Position numbers and translations under genes: made by a program. A DNA stretch of 60,063 bases, counting the filler, from Hausera hauseri (taxonomy: Eukaryota), in the NCBI GenBank assembly GCA_046269625.1. It is 11 parts of 11 records of this genome, joined end to end, with 100 filler letters (N's around TTAATTAATTAA, not from the genome) between each part and the next. Parts side by side here need not be neighbours in the genome. Positions count along the whole stretch, not along the records: positions 37,125 to 42,141 come from JBJURY010360818.1; positions 42,242 to 46,687 come from JBJURY010577783.1; positions 46,788 to 51,283 come from JBJURY010553561.1; 8 more parts are not named here. One strand, written 5' to 3'. Below, one piece after another: positions 37,125 to 50,538 of this stretch. Positions within the stretch are counted from its first letter, which is position 1, and the number at the start of each line of letters is the position of its first letter. The notes beneath the pieces were generated by a model. The model was not told the DNA's origin. It saw only the letters and a program-made list of their open reading frames with translations, and ran no database searches.

Positions 37125-40100
37125 ATTTTTAATGAAAAAATTGTTAAATATTCAGAATGTAGAAGTGGTTGGAGATTATGTCGGATTATTGAACTTACAT
37201 TTACTGTAACCAAAACATATGAGATTATATACTTGACGGAAGATTATATATGCAAACACCCAGAGGCCTTCGTGAGTCAAAGTCTATTGTATATGTGCAA
37301 AATTCAGATAATAAATGTTTTTTGTACAGCATTCATGCATTACAAAGACATACGATATAATCGTCATCGACCAAATAGTTGCCACCAATTTATGCATGAA
37401 TTGAACTGTGAAGAAAGTGAAATACCAATGAAATTATCCGGTATTTTCCGTTTTGAGCAAATAAATCAACGCCTGGCAATAAATGTTTTCAAATACATTA
37501 GTGACACCAATGTTGTGATTGATCAGAATCAGGAAGTATTTGAAACCCAACATGTTGATGCTTTGTATCGTTCGAAAGATAATTTGTCAAGTATAATTGT
37601 TAACTTACTGGTACTTGAGGACTCAGATAGATTTCATTACGTTACTGATGTAAATTTAAATCGACTTTTGAACTTAACAGTGGGCTGATTCAAAAAAGTT
37701 GCAAATGGTGTCATATTTGTTTGATAGTTTCAGATATCAAAAAGCATAGGACAACCATGTTGAATTACGTGGTAGTCATAGTGAATATACAACATCGTAT
37801 GTCATGTCAACATCAAAAAGCTGGTAGTTTACTGACTAGTCTAAGCTTTTAGCTCCAGCTTTTGTAGTGTATTCAGATTTTGAATCTATCCCACCACCTT
37901 GTGATAGCCTTGACCAGAAACACATTCCTGCAGCTGCTGGCCTATTGTTGGTTCCATTAAAGGATATTAAACTACAACCACAATACTACTATTTCGTAGA
38001 GGATAACTGTATCCTTGATTATTTAACATGCTTGGACACCATAACTAAAACTGTTCTGATTCCATGTTATGATCGGAATGCCCATTGCCCTATGTTTTCA
38101 TTATCTGCTGAAGATGAAGATACCTTTCTTCAAATCAGACAGTGTTTCTTATGCAAAAATGAAATAAGAAATAAAGTTCGTTATCATGACCATTGTACAG
38201 TTGGAATATTGGTCCTGCATGTCAAACATGTAATGTTCAGAGGAAGGTTCGTATAATGCTTCCTGTTGTTTTTCACAATTTCAGAGGTTGCGATTTACGT
38301 AACATTATGAGATATGCTCTTAATCATTTTCCAAACAAAAAACCTACTACTTTCACATAAAGCAGAGAAATGTTTTTAGCTATGTTTGTTCATACTTGTA
38401 AAATGACAATTAAATTTATCGATTCCTATTAATTTATGCTTGAGTCATTGGACACTCTTTCTTCAAAGTTAGTGCACTGGCCTTTGGCATCTACTGTTTT
38501 TCCGGGGCAAACCGGTTATAGAAAGGGAATTTTTCCTTATAGTATTGTAACGTTATTGACTATCTTGGAAAGTACAATTGATTTACCACCAAATTTGGAA
38601 TGATGTTGATGATGATGAATATCGGTATGCTAGATATAATGGACTGAATTTAACTGTCGAAATTTACTTGATTACATGTTATATTATTTAAAACTTGATG
38701 TACATTTATTAGCAGACGTATTCAACAACTTTTTTCAAAGAGCTCTAAAATATAATGGTATAAATCCGCTTAATTTTATAACTCTTACTGGAATGTCATG
38801 GAGTAGTGCACTACGAACTTTAGAAGTAAATTTGGAATTGCTAAATTATCCGAAAATGTACATATTTTTTGTATATGGAATTAAAGGTGGAATAACTTTT
38901 GTCAACATGCATCATGTAGAGGCTACGAATGACTCCTTATTGTTGTATTAGAATGTGAATAACTTGTACGGATGGGCATTGTCTCAGCCGTTGCCACATG
39001 AGTGTTTTGTGTGGATATTTGATGAATACTGTTGACAAACGATTTTAAACAGGCTAATAGAAGCAGACACCGAAATGAGTCTTATTTGGTATGTGTTGAT
39101 ATCATAATACCATTGCATATTTATGATCTAAAGGATGATTTTCCTTTAACTTCTGAGAAGAAACGTCCACGGGGATCTAAAGATGAAAAACTATTGTTAA
39201 CATATGAAAATAAAATAAATTATATTATCCACTGGATACCTTTGCAATTTTATATAAAACTTGGAGCGGTGGTTACAAAGGTGCACATAGCAGTTTAGTT
39301 TTCTCAAACATGCTGTTTTTAACGTTACATTGATCAGAACTCTACAAAGAGTGCGACTGCATCAACCAAGTGTGATAAAGATTAATACAAATAGAAGAAT
39401 AATTCATTATATAAAAAAACAGTAGGAAACTTATTTAAATATTTAAATATACGAATATGTACCACGGAAAAATATTTGCTTACATACGCGAGCAAATTAC
39501 AGTTCATTAAGTCGTGTACAATCGACAACAATCTTGCCTTGGTGGTATGTCTTGATCGACCTATATATATCTAGAAGGTTGTATTAGATCTGAGTAAATT
39601 ACGCATGTACATCCGACAATATGTTGAGCTTCAAACTTACAAGCAATTGTTTTGATGTACACTATGCTTTTTGCAGGTGATACTGACAGCTTTTTTGTTA
39701 TGTAAAAATATAAACATAAATACATTATTGCAGAAGATGAAAGATGATTGTTTGTTAGATACATCAAATTACAGGCCGGGAAATCCACTTTATTCGACGG
39801 CAGTTGAAAATAAAATTTATTTAGTTAAAGGTAAAAGTTGTGGGGTTCTTCACTTTATTGAATGAATTTTTTTCCGCCATAAACGTTACAGCATGTTAAT
39901 TAGTGACAATTCCGCTAAAATGAGAGTTAAGGGAGTTTCATTAAAAAAAATAATATAAGTCATAGTGCATTTAAAAATACTTATATTCAGCAAAATGAGA
40001 TTCGAGTTGAACAGTGTCACATACAGTACATAAACCATCACTTATATACAGTTAAAAGAAAGAAAATTGCTTTATCATCAACAGACGATAAAAGACGTTG

Positions 40101-40145
40101 GATCAGCTGTAATGAAAGCCGCGCATATGGACATTATTCACTTTA
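37125..40145 (+). pseudogene. Heavily decayed pPolB of a different subfamily
   Basis: 'FEQINQRLAINVF', 'YSDFES', 'CFLCKNEIRNKVRYHDHCT', 'KGIFPY', 'YLKLDVHLLADVF', 'NNLYGWALS', 'DDKR', 'AYGHY', with many stops and frameshifts. Confidence 0.85.
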
Positions 40146-42241
40146 ATCTTGTGATTATATTGTAAATACTAATAAATTTTTAAATTATTACCTTTCTATT
40201 ATTATTACTTTTGCAAATATATATGTTAAATAAATGAAATTTATACAGTCTGGTTCAAGTGCAAATGGTTTATTTTGCGACGAAATAAAGATTTTTGGTT
40301 ACTTCATGCATAATTTACGAACACCTCTTATAATAAGACTGTTGGATCCGGTTAACATAAAGAAGGCGAAATTTGGATTTAGAGTATTGACTTATCGTCT
40401 ACAGACGTTGTCGGTATTAATGATGCTTTATCATCGTTGAGTGTAGATATTAAATTGGATGAATCATCGTTATTTGTTAAAAAATTCAACAAGTGGGGAA
40501 TACGTAATGTTGATAATAAACAACTAAAACAGATACCGAACATTCGATAACCAAGATAAAGACAGCTTCATGATGTTTACATGAAGTTCAATTACTTTTC
40601 GATATAGACTTTTGATATTCTTATTTGATTTGCAGTATCATATTTTTAACAATTATCTTTTCTTACATTAAATCATTTTGTTTTCCTTGTTTTGATACAG
40701 TGTCCACGGGTTATTTATTATGAACAATTGTGCAACAAGCAACAACAAAAAATAATGCAATTTGATAATTGTAATTTAATTAGCAAACAATGTTTTTGTA
40801 TAGATAATGTAATTTTAGGCTACCACATAATTTAAAGGTCCCAGAAACTGAGATTTGCGTACAGTGCTGTAGTATGGTAGTCCTTAGTGCCAAAACGTTC
40901 AAGCTGGTATCTTCCTACCGAGCCATTTTTTGGGAGTCCTTTCGTTTATTCACATTTGTTTGACAGTGTAACAAGAAAATGAAGACTGTTCTGTGTAGGA
41001 TAAAATCACTTAATATTGTTTATGGGAGTGCATGCTATTAGGTAGTTAGACTCAAATAGCAAATGATGGACCCTTTTTCTTTTAATGCTCACATTCTGTC
41101 TGTCACGCTGTAATCAGTAAGATAGATTCCAAATTCTCTTTCAGGAGCTACGTACAATTAAGTTTCATTGTAATAAATTTGAATGACATCGGGATTAATT
41201 TATGGCTAGGTAGGGAAGGAAATTGCAGTAAAACTGTATGATTTGATGTATGCGATTAAAATGATTAGGAAAGTCTTTCTAGGAAATGGAAAGTAGGCAG
41301 ATTATATTGCGACTTCAAGATCTTCTTCAGGCATGTAAGACAAAAATTCGGACCAATTAAGCTGCATTTGAGCATGATGTTTTACAAAGCACGCACACGT
41401 TGTAAAGTAGCAAGCACATTCATTCTGTGCTTATAGTTATTGTCTCTTTCTCTGTGTACCCTTAGTGACCATGACACATTGAGCTGCTACCGATAAGAGA
41501 CTTACACAACTGTCAGACCTCTAGCTGATGGCATTGTGGGTGTGGTGCTCCTCCTTGTCTCCTAAGTCGCCCTCGTCTTTGTCGGGTCTACTGTAGTACT
41601 CTCTGTGGTAATGTGTGCTTTGAGAGAATACATGCATTTTTCAAAATGTCCTGCCAGCACACAATCTGCTTGTGTTTGAACTTTGGCTAAGAGGATAAGA
41701 TAAGATAAGATCTTTATTTAACCAGGGTTGAGAAATAGGGAATACACAAGCTGGCTGATTCCACTGTAACTTGAAAATAACTTCGTGGTCCACCCAACCT
41801 AAAAATAGTGAGTACCAGAAAAATTCTGTGGGAAAGTGAAGATTGCTTGCCATTAAACTGACCGACCATATAATCTATTTATGTGTTGCTGGTCAAGGGA
41901 AATAGCTAGCTCAGCAGTCATCTTTGCACCTTTTGGCAAGAGTAGTAGGTGCTTTACAAACATTTCTTTGAGTTACAGGGTAAATATAAAATTGGTCATG
42001 TGGTTAGGCTTTCAGGCTTGGTTAGGCGTTTGGACTGTCAAAGTGAAGGTCTGGCATTCAAAAGAGAGATCTGTGCACCCTAGTTCGGCCAGCAGTGGAA
42101 ATTTTAATGTGTTGGTTTGGGGTGGAGCAGTAGGTGCCACANNNNNNNNNNNNNNNNNNNNNNNNNNNNNNNNNNNNNNNNNNNNTTAATTAATTAANNN
42201 NNNNNNNNNNNNNNNNNNNNNNNNNNNNNNNNNNNNNNNNN

Positions 42242-42420
42242 GGTACAACGCCCGCATCACTGCAGACGCAGCACCAATCCTCCTCTCGATCCCCCGCTCC
42301 ATTCTTCCCTCATTCGTGAACAAGACCCCGAGATACTTAAACTCCTCCACTTGTGGCCGGACCTCCTCCCCGACTCGGAGAAAGCAACCAACTATTTTTC
42401 GGCTCAAGACAATGGTCTCG
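42242..42420 (-). mobile_element. RTE-clade LINE (Rex3/Expander-like) RT C-terminal fragment, teleost type
   Basis: 'LRVGEEVRPQVEEFKYLGVLFTNEGRMERGIERRIGAASAVMRALY'. Confidence 0.85.
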
Positions 42421-43258
42421 GAGTACTAAAATATTACTACACAGTGTAACAAAATACTTCTTAAGAAGTACCGTTTAATGTCTGTTTGAAACCTCTTTAG
42501 CCTGAAACAATTGAAAAACTCAGTTTGGCTAGCACCCTAATAAACATAGTAAATGTATAATCCAGATGCACAACTTGAGAACTAATATTAACAAATATGA
42601 ATCCTCAAACCATGTGTAGTAATTTAGCTATGTAGGATAGGTGATAACACCAGCACTCGATAGCATTAATAATCAGTCACATGGTAAAACACTGCTAAGC
42701 TAGCTTAAATAAACTAGCTTAAATAGCAAATATAAACGGCCAATATCCAAATACAATAAACATGCCCCAGAGACATCAAACTTACTTAGTGTTCATAGAA
42801 CGCACACAAAATCCCAACAAGGGCGCTCAGTATCTGCTCTTGTCATGTCTGTCCTGCAGCAACTGTGCCGTCTACTACCACAACGATCCTAACGCAGCTT
42901 ACATAACGAGGCCTTCAAGTGCCTTATCGGAAATCCTAGCTTCCAACTAATAGGCTTTCAGACACAGACTAAGACTTGTGAAAGAAAATGTATGTTTGAA
43001 TATAATTTTGTCATTAAACACTATGAAGCGAGGCTGCATCGATCGAAGTTCATTTCTCCTGTTTATTCAGAATTCTTTTGCAGTGGGTCTGACCCTAGAC
43101 TGGACCCGTAACATAGTGATCAATAATTATAATAAAAAGAAAACTCTTGCAAAGGAACTTCATATTGTGGTTTTGCGTCATGAGGCTGCTTTACGTTATT
43201 TGACGGACACGCGGGTTTGCGACATGTTTTACGTTATTAAACTCATGAGAGGTGAACA

Positions 43259-43489
43259 ATGGTGACGCAGGAGCATGAAGGAGAAGAAACAGCTACACAG
43301 GCAGCACAAGAAGAAGGACTTTTACCAAAAAGAGGAGGAACGTCTGTTATTTGGTTACATTTTGGGTTCAAGAAGTCTGACACGGAGCAGAAAATTGTAA
43401 TCTGCAAACTTTGCCACAAAACCGTTCCCTCGCCCGACGCCAACACAACCAACCTCTTCTATCACCTAAAGAAGAATCACGAAAAATAA
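43259..43489 (+). mobile_element. hAT transposase N-terminal BED zinc-finger fragment (ZBED1-like)
   Basis: 'TSVIWLHFGF...VICKLCHKTV...NTTNLFYHLKKNH'. It is cut off by non-autonomous DNA-transposon-like ends (TAGTGCTG at ~43491, CAGGGTTCCCAC at ~43644). Confidence 0.85.
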
Positions 43490-44699
43490 TTAGTGCTGGG
43501 CATAGATTCAAATTTTTAATTGCAATTAATCTCAAGATATTTTTGGGATTAATCTCGATTAATCTCAATATATTTTTTTATAAACAATCACTCTACTACG
43601 GCTGAATGTGTATGTTTTTATGTTGCAATACATGTGTGACATCCAGGGTTCCCACACCTTGGTCAACATCAAATTCAAGGACCTTTCAAGGACTTTCCAG
43701 TACCAATTTCATCAAATTCAAGAACCACCCACGACGGCAATTACATACTGCTACAGCAGAATGTTACCAATAAACAATTTTAATATGTAAATTCAATGAA
43801 AACCTGAACAGTGTAGGAGTTTTTGAGAATCAATGAAATAAGTTGGATTAAATTTATACCCTACATTGGTATCCACAATACATCAAGATGTAATTATGCA
43901 GTTCACCAATTCACTTGTGAGAAGATGGTGCGCACATGATTCGTGTGCTGTTACACACACATTAACTACACACAGGAAACAACAATGCAGTAACAAACAA
44001 ACAACTAACCATTGACAGAAGTCATCGTACACATGAAGCCATCTGTTGTCTGATTTTTTATACACCTAATGATATTACAGATATATTTATTTTTATCTTT
44101 AGAAATCAGGTTGCCCAATTAAAATAGTTACAGAACCATCAAGTTAGTTTTTACTGCATCATTCATCTTTAATCACAACACTTCATCTGCACCACATAAC
44201 AGCTGAGAAACCCACAGAACGAGTTACCTTCATAAACCCGAGGAAACCACAGATTATTCTACAGCCTTATGGGCTCGACACACGGGGAGCGACAAACGAC
44301 AGTGATTACTGGCTGTCATCGCAGCCAGGGTGAAACCCGACACACGGAACGCGATAGCGACAGCAGCGTTGTGAATCGCACTCTGGAGTCGCTTGTCTCC
44401 AAGCAATCTGATAGGTTGTTTTTCTACCCGTCATTTATTTGCGGTTGGGAAAAAATCTTAACGGTGTCAAATTCACTCTGACACCAACTATTTCCCATAC
44501 GGCTGCATTTTTATATACATCCCTTAACATGCGTACTTTATACATGGGTAATGTGGGGGGGCTGGTTGACCTTTGATGACCTCTAGAAACTTTTATTAAT
44601 ATCTTAACAAAGATAGCGGCACAAAAAAATTTTTGCTGCACAAACGTAGCACAAACATTTGTCAACAATTTTGATAGATTTGAAGGTGGGGGGGCCAAC

Positions 44700-45335
44700 T
44701 TCACCCAGGTCAAAAACCAGCCACCTCAAAATTGCCATCAGTCCACCACAAAAGAAATTCCATCAAAACAAACCACCATTGGTCCTGAAATAATACCACA
44801 AAATTACTGTTTATTCCAACCCTACTGCTGGATTTGTAAATGTAAACACCCTCCTACATCTTATTTACACCACAGCCCGCCTGTCACCTGTGCTATGGTC
44901 ACATCTAAAAATCTACAACTAGCAGAAGAAAACATTCAAAAGGAACAAAACAGAGATAAATTTGCTAAAAACCTGTTCAAGAAAATAGAAAACCAAAACA
45001 TAGAGAATTAAATAATCTCATAAACAATATTAAATAACAAAATCTACAGTGTCATAAAACTTCCTCATAAAACCATGATCAACTTTACATCCCACCATGG
45101 TTACGTCAAACCCTTATTCATAATCAGCACCAACATCCAGTAACTGGTCACTTCGGTGGTCAGAAAACCTACAAAACACTACATGCATCAGTCTACTGGC
45201 TAAACATGAGCAAGGACGTTAAAAACCATATCCAAAACTGTCAAATCTGCCAGAATTTGAAGCACACAAACTAATATATTTTTGTAACTGGAAAGTTAAA
45301 CTTACCGGTTCCGGTCTTCACAGGGGGGGGGTGAG
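44700..45335 (+). mobile_element. Gypsy internal remnant (integrase HHCC zinc finger) and PPT
   Basis: 'HQHPVTGHFGGQKTY...YWLNMSKDVKNHIQNCQICQ'; poly-G tract at ~45322-45335. Confidence 0.75.
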
Positions 45336-46264
45336 TGTGACAACCTGGAGTTACACCTTCCATTTAGATTGTTTTCACCTGTTTCCACCATCACTGCTTG
45401 CAGTCACCTGAGTCAGCCTCAGTGGGTGACATTTAAAAACAGCCCACACACACACTCAGTGTTCGTTCCCTTGCTGGCAGGACCCAGGTGAGCAGCAGCT
45501 CTCAGCACCAGTGTTAAAAGGTCCAAACGAGCTGTTTAATCCCTATGTGGACAACTTTAACAATCCTGGAGTTTATAGGCTGCTCAAGCCCAACCAAAAA
45601 AGTAAGTCTCCCACCATTAAAACTAAAATGTAGGTCTTAAATAATGTCAAACTAAAATCAATTGTTTCCTTTTAGTAAACCAAAACACTTCAAACCCACC
45701 AGAGGGCCAAAAACACACCAAAAACCAAAAGTAAGTCAGTTTCTTGTTTTTTAATCCAATGAAATGACAAATTGTAAATGGTAATTGTGTATTTTTGTGT
45801 GTTTTTAGCTCCTGGACTGGAGTTTTTTGTATGGGTCTTTTGTTTTTTTGTTTTGTGCTTGTGAAGCCAAGCTATAACTTGTAGTGGTTTAATACCACAT
45901 ATGGACAATGAGGGAAGGATATCTTCTTGTTTTGTATATTTTGTATTGTAATTGTACTTTTGTTTTTGTAAATAATATATTTGAGAACTTTAATTCTGTC
46001 TTTGCTCACTTTCTTTGTTTAAAACATTTTGTCACTTATTATTTAGTTAGGGTTAAACAGGGTATATGTTTATTTTTTATATACTTCATATGTCCTGGTG
46101 TGGTTGGTAAACTTAAAACAACACAAAACCATTTTAAATAACAGGAAATCCCACAAACCGCTCTTAAAAATATCCTACATGTCAGGAGGGAGACCTGACT
46201 GGCACCCCTTAATAATTCAACAATAATAACAATAAAATCAGCATTTAACCCAGGAACCGTCACA
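45336..46264 (+). repeat. LTR (~930 nt) of that gypsy element
   Basis: TGTGAC... directly after the PPT and ...GTCACA at 46259-46264 (terminal inverted repeat); AATAAA near the 3' end. Confidence 0.75.
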
Positions 46265-46604
46265 AGGTTACAGGAGTTTTTTAAATTTATTTATATGATG
46301 CGTGGATGTTTGGAACTGATTAGAAAGCTAATGATGGATGGATTAAAAGGTTTATTTACCCAACTTTATTTAACCTGGAAAATACTAATTATTAAAACTA
46401 ATTTCTACCACTTTCTAGAAATAAAAGTTACATTTAAAGAAGCTTATCATTCATACTGGTCAAAATAAAATAAATAATAATAATTATGCTGTAGATTATA
46501 TATTTAAATCAGTAATGTATTTCATTAAGTTCACACAACTGACTAGAATGTCCTCAAAATAACATTTTATATTTCCTTCAATCATGCCATCATCTTCATC
46601 TCTT

Positions 46605-46676
46605 ACCTGAGACCCTCTGTCCCACCTGAGACCCTCTGTCCCACCTGAGACCCTCTGTCCCACCTGAGACCCTCTG
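46605..46676 (+). repeat. 19-bp minisatellite (acctgagaccctctgtccc) x ~3.8
   Basis: Direct reading. Confidence 0.95.
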
Positions 46677-46787
46677 ACTCTCTGTAANNNNNNNNNNNNN
46701 NNNNNNNNNNNNNNNNNNNNNNNNNNNNNNNTTAATTAATTAANNNNNNNNNNNNNNNNNNNNNNNNNNNNNNNNNNNNNNNNNNNN

Positions 46788-48094
46788 AGTGACCAGACCA
46801 ATATCGTATGTGCAAATAATCCTGGCCTTAACGTTAATCGCTTCATATATACCAACTGCGAAATTGATCGCTCGGAGCGAACGACGGAAGGATATCCAAA
46901 ACTTACAGTCATTTAGAGTACGCGATATGGATTGGAGCAAACCATGTGCATGGTTTGAAGCAAGTGAACCCATTTTTAATTATGCGAAATTTCAAATAAT
47001 ATTCGTAACCGGGAACATGATGAGAACGTGTGATTTTCCGTATGGACATCATAAAAGATGTTGTGATTTAGATTTTGGACAAGCCTACGCATACAGATTT
47101 CAAATGTTTTATTCTAATCAGTTTGGAGCTTAAGCTTATATACTTTCAGAACTCGTAATAAGAATGCCCCAACAAAAGGACGCAAACCAAGCCAATACGG
47201 ACGAAATAATCCGAAGCACTGACCCGTTTAAAAGACTCTTGGATCATAACATTATGGGGATTTACAAGGACTTAAAGAATCAATGTATACGAATTGAAAC
47301 CAAAAATATAGCTGCCTAGAGACAGACAAATTTCTGTCCGACTTATACCATTAAATGCTTCTATTCATAACCCGGAGTATTGCTATCTGGCCAGACGCCG
47401 ATCTATTACGTGCTGTGTAATACAATTAGGACAAAAGTATCAATTGCAACTAGACTTGTATAATACGCATCCCGGAGAACAAAGTACTTACCTACGGGGA
47501 TATTGTCCGAAAAACGGAATATGGGAACTTCCATTCCCGACCACTACGAAGAAACCGTCCACTGCTCCGCGTACAATTTACACTACTACAATCGTCACTT
47601 CGGACGAAATGCCAGGAAGTATATCGGTTAAGATTTTGGCCAAAAGCGATAAAATTTTATTTTTCGCCGAAAAGACATTAAATCAAGACGTCTAAATTGA
47701 ATGTCGCACCTTGCACACTAACCAAGTTGTGATCCTGCGAAAGAATAGTCAGGAAACTAAATGCAAGTCACTACGACCGCAATATGACTATATAGTCAGA
47801 ATCACCGCAAAGGGTAAGAACCCTAAAACTTATACAGTGCGGACTGTAGACAACAAGGTTGAAGTAATGCAGTATAGAGATCCGAGTAAGCAACGTGCGT
47901 TGACCACAAGGCGGTCCATTGAGCCAAGTAATTTACCAACGATAGCTATTATAAGTTTGTCCATTTTCGTTCTTGTCATATTAACTGCGATGATTTTTCT
48001 AGTTTCCAAAAATTGTAATAAGCGCTGTAAAACTCGGAAGGGAGATAAATGGGTAAAACGGCACCAAGACGGACTCTATGATAGCATAACCTGA
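46788..48094 (+). pseudogene. Post-integrase FN3-like type I membrane protein (third copy)
   Basis: Signal 'RPISYVQIILALTLIASY'; 'CDFPYGHHKRCCDLDFGQAY'; second CC repeat ~47400; Thr stalk 'PTTTKKPSTAPRTIYTTT'; FN3 'KSLRPQYDYIVRITA'; TM 'IAIISLSIFVLVILTAMIFLV'. Confidence 0.78.
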
Positions 48095-48199
48095 CAACTA
48101 CAGATCGGATTATCCTATCATCAGACAGAGAAAATGTTTTGTTTCAAAATGATGATCTGTCTTAGGATTAACCTTTATTTTTATTTCAGCAGTGTAAGT

Positions 48200-50165
48200 A
48201 TGGCCGTGAAGGCGAAGAATTCTGCGGCCAGTTCCAATTTCGATATCGATGACTTCTTGCAGCAGCACGTTACTGTTCTCAAACCGTTATCCAAAAGTCT
48301 ATACCGGCAAATTGGAGAAAACCTGAAAAGCCAGAACTATCTAGAGTTCGGCCAAGAGAGTAAAATACCAAACGGACTAAAATGGGGTTTAGAAGAAAAT
48401 CGACTGGTTCTATTATATGCCATGAGAAATTCTAAGGATGCACGGGCATACCTTTTAAGAGATCTAATCCTATACGAGCCGACACATCAGCAGTTGTACA
48501 TACATATTGCTAATGGAAAAATTCAATACAAAATCGTAGGACAATCCTGGAGTACTCAGAAGGGATAGCAATGGAAGTTTAGCACTTACGAACTATGCTG
48601 CTACATCCTCATAAATTACGCTCTAGAGTTCAGAATTGCAGAGCTTCCGACCAGAATCATGATCGAGATGACGTGGCGAACAGAAGTAATGAAGCCACAA
48701 TCACCGCTACTATATGTACAAAAACCATCGGAAGATGAGATAGAACAAAATGGAGAATTCTACAGATTAGTTCCAGAATATTGGCCGTGAACTATGGAGA
48801 AAAGGATGACGGATGGTATGTTCCGATTGAGGTCTCTATCAGAAATAATAATGGAGAAGAGATCATAAATAAGATAATCGCACATCGGGCTAGGATAAAG
48901 GACACTCTTCCCGACGTTACAGGAATTACGAAAGTACAGCTCAAAAAGGGAAAGGATTTCTTGGAGATCCAAGAAGATATAAGCCACTGCTTCTATGGAT
49001 ATATTGTAACCGGATTCCGAGTACACGAAGCGTTGGAGCGACTAGGAATTAGACAAGAATACATAGCTGGAATTCGAGAATTGAGCCGAAATCCAGCCGT
49101 TGTGAGCCAAGTAGAAAATACCTTAATGCGGAAAAAAGGTTGCCTGCTTCCGTCAGCATCGCGCAAATCGCAATTTAAGATGATGCTAGTGGCCACAAAT
49201 GGTGAACGATCCAAATTTCCTAAATTGATGACAGAAAGTCAACGGACCAAATTTATAAAATACATCTATGATTTATTACGATGGGACCACAAGTGAAAAC
49301 CCAGAAACCACATGCAGAATGCGATATCCGACAATAACCCCAAGACCCTAATACAAAAGTTCCGAAAAGGATTTAGTGAATAACCGAGTTATCGGAAAGT
49401 AGTACCCCAAGAACATAACCGATTTCGAGTAACAGTTCAAAATAATCCAGTAGAAGTCCCTAACAGCCAACAGAAACCAACGACTAGTCGAGCTCGAAAA
49501 GAAATAATAGTGAAATCAAATGACCCTGACAACTCAAGAGGGCAAAAGACAAAAACTTCCTTTCTGGAATATATCAGTAAGAAAGGAAGCAAACCCAGTA
49601 AAAATCAAACGGACGAAAATAAACCCGCAGCCGACAGCCCAATTCAAAATGAATCGATAAATAATCCAAAGGAAATACCAAACCAACGAAGAACAAAGGA
49701 GAACAACGAAAACCAGTTAAAAACTACCACCACCGGATAGTTTAAGACAGAGGTTAACGTTGTTCGGAAGAACTGGGAGGAAGATACCCCAATTATAGTT
49801 ACAGAATTTGGTCAAGTGAAAGAATATAAAAGAATCCTCGTCATGGCCGAGTATTATAGCAAGGGAAAAATCAAAGAGGCTATATTTTGTGTCCACCGTC
49901 CGAGAAGATTAGTAAATGGAAACGGATGCGCCAGAGAAGATACCGCCATTGGCAGATACCTAGCCTCAATATTTTAGTAGAAGAATGGCACAAACCGATT
50001 AACAATTCCCGTGGATACCCAAGTTAGAATTCAACTAAAAAGACAATACAAAAAGACTAGAGTACCCGATTTGGATAAACAAGAAATAGTCGAATGGACC
50101 CTGGTCACGGTTTCCGACGATCCGAAGAAAAGTTTAATCGACCCGAATCAAAAGAGATTATACGG
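48200..50165 (+). pseudogene. Retroelement cargo ORF2 with REX4/ISG20-like DEDD exonuclease-fold domain (catalytic residues absent)
   Basis: 'KIPNGLKWG' and 'IHIANGK' shared with 4653-5630; 'IEVSIRNNNGEEIINKII...VTGITKVQLKKGKDFLEIQEDI...IVTGFRVHEALERLGI...IRELS'; K/N/Q-rich linker; C-domain 'EVNVVRKNWEEDTPIIVTEFG'. Confidence 0.75.
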
Positions 50166-50538
50166 CAGTGCCTTCCAACCGAAACAAGGCTGTGGACCCC
50201 AAATGGAAGAATTTCCCCCATGGACCCCTGCAATATACAGCTCTCTGAAGGCTTTTAAATATGGTAAAAAAACTAAAAACAATTGTTTCCTAATAATGAT
50301 AATTTAAATATTAAAGTTTAATCATTTAATTATAATTAAAAAATTACATCAGTAAATTTTAATGGGTGGAAAAAACCAGAAAAAGTATGAAATGCTAGCT
50401 GCTTTATTGAGATGACAACTACGTATTCAATGCGAAACTTGAGCTTCCTTTTTTAAACATTTCAAAAATCTTTCGTGGACCCCCTGAGATTCTCTGTGGA
50501 CCCCTTGAGGTCCAGTGGACCACGGTTGGAAAGCACTG
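50166..50538. mobile_element. Non-autonomous hAT-like MITE (~373 nt)
   Basis: 16-nt TIRs CAGTGCCTTCCAACCG / CGGTTGGAAAGCACTG (1 mismatch) with repeated subterminal TGGACCCC. No 8-bp TSD is visible. Confidence 0.6.

Noticed and set aside
46605-46676. Possible CRISPR-like array
   Set aside because: Head-to-tail minisatellite with no spacers, in a eukaryotic context.
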